Shown in pieces: positions 55,290-63,699 of a stretch of 64,000 bases of DNA. The stretch is from Brevinematales bacterium. Lineage in GTDB: Bacteria > Spirochaetota > Brevinematia > Brevinematales > GWF1-51-8. Position numbers and translations under genes: made by a program. The stretch covers positions 23,992-87,991 of the forward strand of contig JABLXV010000007.1 in NCBI GenBank assembly GCA_013177895.1, written 5' to 3'. The notes under the pieces are model-generated. The model was given only the letters and a program-made list of their open reading frames with translations, did no database searches and was not told the DNA's origin. Positions within the stretch are counted from its first letter, which is position 1. Every line of letters begins with the position of its first letter.

Positions 55290-55378
55290 GTCATTGCGAG
55301 CGTATGCGAAGCAATCTATTCTATTGTCATTTAATAAATTACATAGACTGCTTCGTCACTGTGTTCCTCGCAGTGACA
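55290..55378 (+). repeat. REP/MITE-like element (short member of the gtcattgcga..gaagcaatct..atagactgcttc..cagtgaca family)
   Basis: The sequence is gtcattgcgagcgtatgcgaagcaatctattctattgtcatttaataaattacatagactgcttcgtcactgtgttcctcgcagtgaca. Internal inverted repeats are gaagcaatctat/atagactgcttc and gtcactg/cagtgac. Confidence 0.75.
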
Positions 55379-55450
55379 TAGTAATATCTTTTTTATTCGA
55401 TAATTATGCGTATTCATTTCATTTCCATGAAGTTTTTAGAACCACCCTCA

Positions 55451-56695
55451 TTACTTGACACGGAACACCATCGCCGCCCCGGTGATATTCCGTTTATCGT
55501 CGAGAATAGGCGCGCACCTCGGCTCGATCGGCACGCTTTTACCGTCCTTGGATATGATAGACACTTCTTTCCCGCATGACGGATTACGGGCGGAATGCGT
55601 AAATGTATTCGCCATTTCCTGAAGGCAGCGGATACATTGATATTCGGGATATTCCTTCTTGAGCGAAATAATCTCGCTGGAGTGGCCTCCGATCGCTTCT
55701 TTACGGGTATGCCCGGAATATTTTTCCGCGACTGAATTGATATGCACAATGTACCCTTCCCGGTCCATTGTGATAATCCCTTCGTCCACACTCTCGAGCA
55801 TTATCTCGAGGGTCTTCCGTTCTCGGGCGATAGTCTCCTCGATCCGCCGCTGTTCGGTGACATTCCGCAGGGCGAGGATAATCCCCGCGAGCTGGTTCTC
55901 GCTGTTCCAGAACGGTTGTGCGCGAAGCCGGTAGATCGATATTCCGCCGTCCTCGCACGACTTTTCTATCTCGGTCTCGGAATGCTCCGCCCCGTGGGTA
56001 ATCTCGTTGATCGCGCGGGTGACTGTCGAAAAAAGCGGCTCTTTCAGGATATCGCGGTAATGCTTGCCGATTGCCTTATCGGACTTTATCCCCCATGTCT
56101 CCGAAAACACCTTATTCATCCGCATAATATTCAGATTGGGGTCGAACGCAACCAGCGCATCCCCGGATACATTGAATATCTCCTGCATTTCGCGGAAGGC
56201 CACATTAAGATTATCCTCCATCTCTTTACGGTCGGATATATCGATGATTGCGACCAGGCATTGCGTATAGTTGTCGTTGTGGTCTTTGATTGCGATTGTT
56301 TCGAGCTGAGCGAATATTTTACAGCCGTTCATTTTCTTGAACAGGACTTCGCAGGATTCCTTCTTCTTCGTGTCGAACGCTTTCTCACGGTGGAAATAGA
56401 GAACGTCCCAATAGGATTTATCGAGATAGAGCGCGAGCGGCCGCGATATCAGCCGGAAACGGTCGATACCGAGAATCTGGGCTATCGTCAGGTTCGCCTC
56501 GAGTATCACTCCCTCCTTATCGAGGGTGACATACCCCACAGGCGAAAAATCGTACAGCGCATAATATTTATCGCGCGAGCGTTCGAATGCGTCCTGAATT
56601 CCTTGGGCGTCCCCGGAATGGTTAAGCGTGTCGGCATTTTTCAACTGGGCGTCATGAAGAAACTTTTTAACGGAATCATCCGTCATTTTCTCCAT
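55451..56695 (-). CDS. Multi-PAS domain protein with no recognisable output domain
   Basis: I prefer the ATG at 56695, which follows AGGAAGGA. The ORF-track start is 56776. There are about three PAS-like units, for example SPVGYVTLDKEGVILEANL, SGDALVAFDPNLNIMRMNKVF and VDEGIITMDREGYIVHINSVAEKYSGH. Confidence 0.75.
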   Translation of the reverse strand: MEKMTDDSVKKFLHDAQLKNADTLNHSGDAQGIQDAFERSRDKYYALYDFSPVGYVTLDKEGVILEANLTIAQILGIDRFRLISRPLALYLDKSYWDVLYFHREKAFDTKKKESCEVLFKKMNGCKIFAQLETIAIKDHNDNYTQCLVAIIDISDRKEMEDNLNVAFREMQEIFNVSGDALVAFDPNLNIMRMNKVFSETWGIKSDKAIGKHYRDILKEPLFSTVTRAINEITHGAEHSETEIEKSCEDGGISIYRLRAQPFWNSENQLAGIILALRNVTEQRRIEETIARERKTLEIMLESVDEGIITMDREGYIVHINSVAEKYSGHTRKEAIGGHSSEIISLKKEYPEYQCIRCLQEMANTFTHSARNPSCGKEVSIISKDGKSVPIEPRCAPILDDKRNITGAAMVFRVK

Positions 56696-56900
56696 CGTAT
56701 CCTTCCTTACCCCCGCATCCTCTCCAGTCGCATGCCTGTGCTTGATATGCGTCAATCCCCACTTCTTGTGATGCAATCACCGCCCCTTTCGCGTGATACT
56801 TTAGCGCTACCCTTCCCTCACCCGCCGGAACATTTTTCAAAGCTCTTACTATTATTTACAAATCTGACCGCGAATATCCTTAAATATTCACCCTTTCGCG

Positions 56901-57818
56901 CTAAACCTTTTTTATCTCCGAATAATAACGATCCAACTGCGCGGGTGTGATAAATTCGGACGTGCTCGCCTCAATCGTACAGGTGTAACGCGCCGTGATC
57001 TGCGCGCGAAGTACCGCCTCGTCCAACGGGTACTGATCGAGGAAATACGCCGACAGGAACCCCACCGCGAGCGAATCCCCCGCCCCGTTGGTGTCGGTCA
57101 CCGGCCGGTCCATCTCCACCGGAGGATAAAAACGCACCATATCCCGGAAACCGACCGCGCATCCCTCCGCGCCGCGCCCGCATATTACGATCCGTTCGGG
57201 CTTGCCCTCGAGGAATCGTTTGATGAGCGGGGTGGGGTCGGGGAAATTCGCGGAGGAAAAGAACAGCACGTCCGCCCATTCGATAAAATCCTTACGGTAC
57301 TCGTCGTTCATTTCGACTATATCCTGGATATCGCAGGATATTATATTTCCCGCCTCGCGCGATAACGGGAGGAGGTAACGCGCCCAGTTGACGATGCTGA
57401 AATGGGCGATATTCGACCGCCGGAGGATTCCCGCGCTCAGTTCCAGATCGGGACGGATATTCATCGCGCCCTTGCCGTCATAGAAATTCTTGCGGCGCCC
57501 GTCCTTGTACATGACGTTTACCGAACGGATAGTTCCCTCGGGGTCGGTGAACAGCCCGGTCAGGTCGATCTTGTCGCGGGCGAATTCCTCGCGGATATAC
57601 CGCCCCTGGAAATCCCCGCCGATCGTCCCGATGAACGCGGTGTTCTTCCCCTGGGAGCGGAAGAGTCGCGAGCAGTATCCGCCCGCGCACCCGATATAGT
57701 CACGGTTCCGGCTGAAATTCGCCTCGACCGAAAAATCCACCTCGTTCGCATAGAGATAAATATTGGTATCGATACCGGCTGCGCCTATCACGGCCGCATG
57801 AAAATCCCTCGTGCTCAA
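56901..57818 (-). CDS. PfkB family carbohydrate kinase
   Basis: The ORF is 305 aa with a TTG start 6 nt after AAGGAG. Motifs are VIGAAGIDT, GGYCSRL and the signature DTNGAGDSLAVGF. Confidence 0.85.
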   Translation of the reverse strand: MSTRDFHAAVIGAAGIDTNIYLYANEVDFSVEANFSRNRDYIGCAGGYCSRLFRSQGKNTAFIGTIGGDFQGRYIREEFARDKIDLTGLFTDPEGTIRSVNVMYKDGRRKNFYDGKGAMNIRPDLELSAGILRRSNIAHFSIVNWARYLLPLSREAGNIISCDIQDIVEMNDEYRKDFIEWADVLFFSSANFPDPTPLIKRFLEGKPERIVICGRGAEGCAVGFRDMVRFYPPVEMDRPVTDTNGAGDSLAVGFLSAYFLDQYPLDEAVLRAQITARYTCTIEASTSEFITPAQLDRYYSEIKKV

Positions 57819-57828
57819 ATTTTTCTCC

Positions 57829-58515
57829 TTAGCGGGCGATTACTCTATTTCCGCCCATTTTTTTCGCTTCGTCGTGAAGCTGTGTTACCCGGAATACGAT
57901 CGTATCAGGGTTGTCGCTCGGGATATTCTGGCTGACCCCGAATGTCGCCGATACCGGGATATCCACCGGATATTCGCCCTTCTCGATATCGAGACGCATC
58001 CTGTCGGCAAGCTCGATCGCGCCGGTCAGGTCGGTTTCCGTCAGGAGTATCATAAATTCCTGCCCGCCCCATCGTCCCATATAGTCGGTTTTCCGGGTAT
58101 GGCGGCGCACCTGTTTCAGCACCGCGAGCAACACCTCGTCCGCCGCGCCCGCCCCGAAACTCTCGTTGATCGAGCGGAAGTGGTCGATATCTACCATGAT
58201 TAGAGAGAATAAACGCTTATATCGTCTCGCCCTCTGCAATTCTAAATCCAATAATTCGTTAAATTTCACGCGGTTATAGGTTTTGGTCATCGGATCGGTG
58301 ACCGAGAGGTAATTTACCTCGTCCATTTTTTTCATATAATCCCGGTAGACCTCGACATAGCTCTGGATCAGCGAAAGGAACAGCTTATCCTTGACTATCT
58401 CGTCCGTCCCTTTATTACGGAACTCGTTAAGCAGGCTCACCAGTTCGGGAAAACTGTCCCTGATTTTTTCATATTCCAGAAGTTCGTTCAGGGCCTTTTC
58501 AATCCCGGTATCCAT
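57829..58515 (-). CDS. GGDEF-domain protein with a degenerate GGQEF active site and an intact RxxD I-site
   Basis: I prefer the ATG at 58515, which follows GGGAGGG. The ORF-track start at 58599 lies inside a repeat element. The segment DPMTKTYNR..FSLIMVDIDHFRSINE..RKTDYMGRWGGQEFMILL was verified codon by codon: CAG encodes Gln within 58054-58068, and RKTD maps to 58084-58095. Confidence 0.85.
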   Translation of the reverse strand: MDTGIEKALNELLEYEKIRDSFPELVSLLNEFRNKGTDEIVKDKLFLSLIQSYVEVYRDYMKKMDEVNYLSVTDPMTKTYNRVKFNELLDLELQRARRYKRLFSLIMVDIDHFRSINESFGAGAADEVLLAVLKQVRRHTRKTDYMGRWGGQEFMILLTETDLTGAIELADRMRLDIEKGEYPVDIPVSATFGVSQNIPSDNPDTIVFRVTQLHDEAKKMGGNRVIAR

Positions 58516-58551
58516 AATCCCTCCCAATAGGGTTTGTCGATAAGCATTCAT

Positions 58552-58637
58552 GTCATTGCGATGCCGCGCTACAAACTTATTAAAGCGCGCTAGAAGCAAT
58601 CTATTTTATAATAGACTGCTTCACCCCTTGCAGCGAC
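58552..58637 (+). repeat. REP/MITE-like element (same family as 55290..55378)
   Basis: The sequence is gtcattgcgatgccgcgct..agcgcgctagaagcaatctattttataatagactgcttcaccccttgcagcgac. Confidence 0.7.
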
Positions 58638-58687
58638 AAAAAATCACTATATCTCAGTATCCGTCATCAAACCCTAATTATCTTTTT

Positions 58688-60130
58688 TCATTTGTAAAAG
58701 CTATAATTTTTAATTTTATCCGGTTCCGGCGTCCATACCTGTCCCTCCCGCGCGCCGATCGCGATATCGATATACCCCATCGACGTGCCGTTTTCCTTAC
58801 CGGACAGGAGTTCCCGCAACGGGAGCGCGTCGTAGAGGAAGCTGTACGGGACATGTACCCGGAAACGCTTCGGTTCGTCCGACGGGTTGACGCATATCAT
58901 CGAAAAATCCCCCGGCGTGTCGGCGAATTTCCCGCAGATGTTCCGCCCGTGACGGATATACACCGCGACCCCGTTATCGAGGCCGCCGCTCAAATCGGCG
59001 AAACGCCCCTCACGCCATTCCGCGCGTGACTTCCGCAGTTCGATCAAGGTGCGGTAAATATCGTATATCCCGCCGTCCCGCCGCGCTTCGTCCCACACCA
59101 TCGGCGCGCGGTTCATGGGGTCGTATCCCCCGGTCATCCCCGCCTCCTCGCCGTAGTAGATCATCGGCGTGCCGGGAAGCGTAAACTGCATCAGCGCCGC
59201 GAGCGCAACCTTCCGCTTATCTCCGCCGTAACGGGTCATCGCGCGCGGGATATCATGCGACGCGGTCATCAGGAACGAATTCCCCTGCCCCTCCGCGGCC
59301 TGCGCGGCGGCTACCCCGAACCCCCGCGATCCGGTCTCCCCGTTCAGGAAAGAATCGATCGCGCCGGTCAGGTAATAGCTCTGTACCCCGTCGAACACCT
59401 CCGCGAAGCGCGCGGCGTAGGGAAACACCTCGCCGTAAACCTTTATACCTTTATCGTAATTCTTTACTTCATCGTAAATAACCCGGCAATTACCCAATCC
59501 GAGGTCGTTCGCGCAGTCCAGGCGGACGCCGTCGATACCCCGTTCCAGCCAGAACCTGAGCGCGCTGTTAACTCCCTCGAACAGTTCGCGGCGGACATCC
59601 GGGTTCGCAAGGTTCCATTCCGGCACGGACTTGTGCCCGCGCCAGCAGTCGTACTCCCCGCCGTGAAACCGGAACCAGTCCCGCCGCGCGGGGTCTCTGA
59701 ACGCCGGGTGCTCCACCGAACCGTGATTGAACACCATGTCCGCGATAATCTTCATCCCCATCCCGTGCGCGGTCTCGACCAGCGTATCGAAGTCCGCGAG
59801 AGTCCCGAGGCCCGGCGCGATATTCCGGTAATCGCGGATATTATAACGGTGATTGGAGGGAGAGTCGAGCACGGAAGTCAGCAGGATCGTATCCGCGCCG
59901 AGCGCGGCGATATATCCGAGCTTTTCCGAGATACCCCGGAGGTCTCCGCCCCAGAACTCGTTCATCCGCGCGTCCGCCGACGGGAGCTCGTCCCACCGCT
60001 TCAGTACGGCGTCCGGCGGGTAAACATCCCGTTTATCGGCGATTGTCCTGCCGCCGCCTATCGCGAACGTCTCCGGGAAAATCTGGTAGACAATCTCCCC
60101 TCCGTTCCACTCCGGCCTTTTATGCTTCAT
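58688..60130 (-). CDS. Cytoplasmic GH13 alpha-amylase family enzyme (neopullulanase/cyclomaltodextrinase-like)
   Basis: The ORF is 480 aa with no signal peptide. Motifs are IYQIFPETFA, GGDLRGISEKLGYIAALGADTILLTSV, IIADMVFNHGS, DGVRLDCANDL, VYGEV and MTASHD. Confidence 0.85.
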   Translation of the reverse strand: MKHKRPEWNGGEIVYQIFPETFAIGGGRTIADKRDVYPPDAVLKRWDELPSADARMNEFWGGDLRGISEKLGYIAALGADTILLTSVLDSPSNHRYNIRDYRNIAPGLGTLADFDTLVETAHGMGMKIIADMVFNHGSVEHPAFRDPARRDWFRFHGGEYDCWRGHKSVPEWNLANPDVRRELFEGVNSALRFWLERGIDGVRLDCANDLGLGNCRVIYDEVKNYDKGIKVYGEVFPYAARFAEVFDGVQSYYLTGAIDSFLNGETGSRGFGVAAAQAAEGQGNSFLMTASHDIPRAMTRYGGDKRKVALAALMQFTLPGTPMIYYGEEAGMTGGYDPMNRAPMVWDEARRDGGIYDIYRTLIELRKSRAEWREGRFADLSGGLDNGVAVYIRHGRNICGKFADTPGDFSMICVNPSDEPKRFRVHVPYSFLYDALPLRELLSGKENGTSMGYIDIAIGAREGQVWTPEPDKIKNYSFYK

Positions 60131-60840
60131 CCGTTCAGCCGCCCGATCATTCTCTCATAGCGCTTCAATAGCTTGCCGCGCCAAAGCCCCTCGTCGTCCC
60201 CTGCGAAAATATTGTTGAGTTTCAGGGTATCGTACTCCCGCGCGATCAGGTCGACCAGCGTTTCCAGCTCCCAACGGATACCGGGGTCGATGATCCCCCG
60301 GTCCTCGCCTCGTTTCCATTTATACTCGGTCTCCATTTTCAGGTAGATATATTTGTCCATCGAGTAACATTTACGGATGAACTTCCCGCGCATCCGTTCG
60401 CTGTGCGCTTCCAACGGGCTGTAAAACGCGACCCGCCGTTCGATATCGGTACGTTTCTCGGTATCGCGCCCCGCGCCGCTTTCGGCGAGCCTCGGGTAGA
60501 TATGCCGGATACCGTCGAGAATCTTCTCATATCCCGCAAGCGCGGCGTCATACGTCCCCTCGCGTTCCATCCCGAGACAGTACGGCATCAATGTCGCGTG
60601 ACGGTAGCTGTCCGCCGAATCGAATCCGGCGTGTAAATACCATTCCGGTATCCATTTATCGACGCTGATAACCGAATATCCCCATAATTCCAGCGCATAC
60701 AACTGCGCGTTCAGTTCCTTCAGGGATTCCCCGTTATCAAAGGATACCTCGTTGAGAAGGCCGTAGCTTTTATCTCCGAGGATTCCCTTGAGCCGGGTTA
60801 TATCTTCATCATTCAGTAAATCCGTCTTTATACCCAGCAT
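60127..60840 (-). CDS. Hypothetical protein, translationally coupled to the GH13 gene
   Basis: The ORF is 237 aa. Its stop overlaps the GH13 start (ATGA). I recognised no family. Confidence 0.55.
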   Translation of the reverse strand: MLGIKTDLLNDEDITRLKGILGDKSYGLLNEVSFDNGESLKELNAQLYALELWGYSVISVDKWIPEWYLHAGFDSADSYRHATLMPYCLGMEREGTYDAALAGYEKILDGIRHIYPRLAESGAGRDTEKRTDIERRVAFYSPLEAHSERMRGKFIRKCYSMDKYIYLKMETEYKWKRGEDRGIIDPGIRWELETLVDLIAREYDTLKLNNIFAGDDEGLWRGKLLKRYERMIGRLNG

Positions 60841-60846
60841 CCGCGA

Positions 60847-61968
60847 TCACTCCATTGATATCAGTTCGTAGGCGCGCGTCCCGAGGCCGATTTCCTCGGC
60901 GTACTCGAGCTGGGTGCGCCAGTCGGTCTGGGGATGCGCGTGATGGAATTTATCCTCGCCCTCGCCGTGCCCGGCAATCCCGGGATTTTTATCGGTGACC
61001 GCGGTCCCGCGTAACGCCGGCGCGGCAAGCGCCATGTCAGCGGACGCCTGATCGAGCGCCACGGGGTCGGACGACGCGAGGAAACCTATATTCGCGATCA
61101 GCGGGGCGTCGTTGGAACCCCAGCAGTCGCAGTCGGGAGAAACATCGGTGATAAAGTTGATATGGAACGACGGTTTACCGTTGACTACGGCGAACGCGTA
61201 CTCCGCCATCTTCCGGCTGACATCGTCCCCCGCCGCGTCCCAGTTGACCACAGCGGAGTTGTACCGGCAGACCGCGATACATTGCCCGCACCCGACGCAG
61301 ATCTCGTAATCGATGACCGCCTTTTTCTGCCCGTCGAGCGTCACCGCGTTCTGCGCGCAGTTGACGACGCATTTTTTACACCCGATGCAGTTTTCGCGGA
61401 CGATCTTCGGCTTGGAGTTGGAGTGCATCTCCAGCTTCCCGCCGACCGACCCGGAGCCCATGCCGAGATTTTTCAGCGCGCCGCCGAACCCGGTCATCTC
61501 GTGCCCCTTGAAGTGGTTCATCGAGAGTATCACATCGGCGTTCGCGATCGCCGCGCCGATCTTCGCTGTCTTGCAGTATTTAAGGCCTAACTCGATCTCG
61601 CGGTAGTCGGTGCCCTTCAAGCCGTCGGCGATCACCACCGGGCATCCGGTCGCCATCGGGTTGAACCCGTTCTCGAACGCGGCTTCCAGATGGTCGACGG
61701 CGTTGGAACGGCGCCCCTTATAGAGGGTGTTGCAGTCCGTGAGGAACGGAAGCCCGCCTGCGGCGCGAATCATCCGCGATACGACGCGGGTGTAATTCGG
61801 CCGGATATACGCGAGATTCCCCGGCTCGCCGAAATGTATCTTGATCGCGGTGAGTTTTTTCTCGTAATCAATGTCCATCATCCCGGCCGCGCGGCAAAGA
61901 TTTTCAAATTTATCAAGCAGGCTGCGCCCAGAGGAACGCAGATTGGTAAACCATACTTTCGACGCCAC
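60847..61968 (-). CDS. DUF362-domain protein with a 2x[4Fe-4S] ferredoxin insert
   Basis: The ORF is 373 aa with a GTG start after AAGGAGG. Motifs are IKIHFGEPGN, TDCNTLY, and CIGCKKCVVNC with CVGCGQCIAVC. Confidence 0.8.
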   Translation of the reverse strand: MASKVWFTNLRSSGRSLLDKFENLCRAAGMMDIDYEKKLTAIKIHFGEPGNLAYIRPNYTRVVSRMIRAAGGLPFLTDCNTLYKGRRSNAVDHLEAAFENGFNPMATGCPVVIADGLKGTDYREIELGLKYCKTAKIGAAIANADVILSMNHFKGHEMTGFGGALKNLGMGSGSVGGKLEMHSNSKPKIVRENCIGCKKCVVNCAQNAVTLDGQKKAVIDYEICVGCGQCIAVCRYNSAVVNWDAAGDDVSRKMAEYAFAVVNGKPSFHINFITDVSPDCDCWGSNDAPLIANIGFLASSDPVALDQASADMALAAPALRGTAVTDKNPGIAGHGEGEDKFHHAHPQTDWRTQLEYAEEIGLGTRAYELISME

Positions 61969-61977
61969 TTTTCCTCC

Positions 61978-62526
61978 TTAATCCGTACGCGCGCCCGTTT
62001 TGAGCAGGAGCTTGACCGTTTTATTACCGGAATCTCCCGCTAAGGGAATCGTAAAAACAAACACCTCGCCGTCCTTCTCGAACGACGACCCTCCGTACCA
62101 GAGATATCCGTCTTCCAGTTCGGTCAGGTTTTCCAGCAGTTTATTATTGATGAAGTCGTTTATCTTATATTTTTTTATCAGCTTGCCGTCCGTCCCGTAG
62201 ATCACGATCATGTTATCGGTAGTCCCGGGATTCTCCCAGTCGTCGAACGTGACGACGTATTTCCCGTTATCGGTGACCAGCGCTTTCACCGGGGATACGG
62301 GATTGACGAGCTTCGCGCTCCAGACGGTGAGAAGCCCCGCCTTATACCCGGTCTGGTACAACGTGCCCTTGCAGGGCGTATCTCCGTCCGAGGGCTGAAC
62401 TAACAGGCAATAATTCGAATTCGCGGAATAGAACTTTTCCGCTTTGGGCTTATCCCATTTTTTAGCGTACATCGACGATACGGAGATAAACACGCAAAAA
62501 GAGATGAACACGATCAGTTTTTTCAT
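61978..62526 (-). CDS. Hypothetical secreted protein
   Basis: The ORF is 182 aa with the signal peptide LIVFISFCVFISVSSMYA. I recognised no family. Confidence 0.55.
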   Translation of the reverse strand: MKKLIVFISFCVFISVSSMYAKKWDKPKAEKFYSANSNYCLLVQPSDGDTPCKGTLYQTGYKAGLLTVWSAKLVNPVSPVKALVTDNGKYVVTFDDWENPGTTDNMIVIYGTDGKLIKKYKINDFINNKLLENLTELEDGYLWYGGSSFEKDGEVFVFTIPLAGDSGNKTVKLLLKTGARTD

Positions 62527-62601
62527 ATTGGTTACCTCTTGGAAATAGTTTAACAGAGGGGAAGGATTTAGACAAGGAATATCGCCGATCCTGACTGTTG
62601 T

Positions 62602-63375
62602 TTATCCCCCGGCAAACCAGACCATTTCGCCCATACTCCCATCGAACGGCTTCGATGTAAAATCCCCGTACACGTCAAACTTACCGAACCCCGCGAGCAT
62701 GAGCAGCAGCCGGAATTCCTGCTCGTATATCCAACGGAGAGACATATCGGTGAAAACCTGCCTGCCGCTCTTCAGGTAATCGAACCGCCACTTGATATAC
62801 TGCACCTGCGGGATAATATCGTACCAATGGTTGAACGATACCTCGACATCCTCATCCATGCTCCCGATAAAGTATTTCCCCATCACCTGATAACGGTCGT
62901 TGGGGGATGAAGCATTATTCAGCATATCGAGGGAGGGACGGAAAAAGTTCAGGATAAGTTGACCGCCGGGGTTCAGGTGCGCCCGGATATTTCTCAGCGC
63001 GCGGATCTGTTCATCCTGAGTCGCGAGATGCAGGAAGGAGCGTCCGGGGATAAGTATCAGGTCGAATTGAAAGGGATACTGAAAATCGACCATACTTTGC
63101 CGTGAAAACCTCCCGTTGATATCGAGCCCGCGCCCGGCCGCGTTTTGTTCGAGGTATTTCAGCATCTCGGCGGAAATATCCAGACCGTATACGTCAGCCC
63201 CTTCCGCGAGGAGGTCGAGGGTCAGCCAACCCGTTCCGCACGCGATTTCCAGCGCCTTCGCGCCGGGAACTCCCCCGACGAGTTCGCGATAGTACTGGTG
63301 CTCCTCGGCACGTTTTCCCCGGTAGACCAGGTCGTATATCATCGCCCATTCTTCGTTCTGGAAATCATCCTTCAT
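62602..63375 (-). CDS. Class I SAM-dependent methyltransferase
   Basis: The ORF is 257 aa with AAGGAG upstream. Motif I is ALEIACGTGWLTLDL and the post-I motif is VYGLDISAEML. Confidence 0.85.
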   Translation of the reverse strand: MKDDFQNEEWAMIYDLVYRGKRAEEHQYYRELVGGVPGAKALEIACGTGWLTLDLLAEGADVYGLDISAEMLKYLEQNAAGRGLDINGRFSRQSMVDFQYPFQFDLILIPGRSFLHLATQDEQIRALRNIRAHLNPGGQLILNFFRPSLDMLNNASSPNDRYQVMGKYFIGSMDEDVEVSFNHWYDIIPQVQYIKWRFDYLKSGRQVFTDMSLRWIYEQEFRLLLMLAGFGKFDVYGDFTSKPFDGSMGEMVWFAGG

Positions 63376-63637
63376 CGGCGGCTCCTTATGAACGATATTG
63401 TAAAGCCGGTAAGGTATTTTTACAAGGTTTCACCCATTTATAGCCGCTTCGAATTACCTCCTTTTCAAGGCGGCCTGTCAACCTTCTACCGAAGGTTGAA
63501 GACAGGCAAGGAAGTGACCATTGGGCGTGTTATAAAGAACTATGAAAACTATTGATATAAAAGTAAATAGTTTTGCGTCAGTCCCCGTCAGGGGGGAACC
63601 GCCCTTGTGAAAACAGGATTCAATCCTCTTGATTTAA

Positions 63638-63666
63638 TTGACAACACCTGCGCTTCTTGTTAAAAT
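63638..63666 (+). promoter_or_regulatory. Candidate sigma70 promoter for the aminotransferase gene
   Basis: The sequence reads TTGACA (63638-63643), a 17-nt spacer, then TAAAAT (63661-63666). It ends 33 nt upstream of the ATG. Confidence 0.5.
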
Positions 63667-63699
63667 ATTAAGAATCTGAAAAAGTAAAGAGGAAAACAT

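Noticed and set aside
55742-56950. A 402-aa plus-strand ORF overlaps the PAS gene.
   Set aside because: The minus strand gives three recognisable PAS units with a good RBS. The plus-strand product has no motifs.
59255-60160. A 301-aa plus-strand ORF overlaps the cytoplasmic GH13 gene. Similar shadow ORFs occur at 4996-5748, 5800-6582, 12569-13510, 27578-28567 and 36700-37434.
   Set aside because: All are antisense to genes with strong family motifs, and all have Arg/Pro/Val-rich, motif-free translations.
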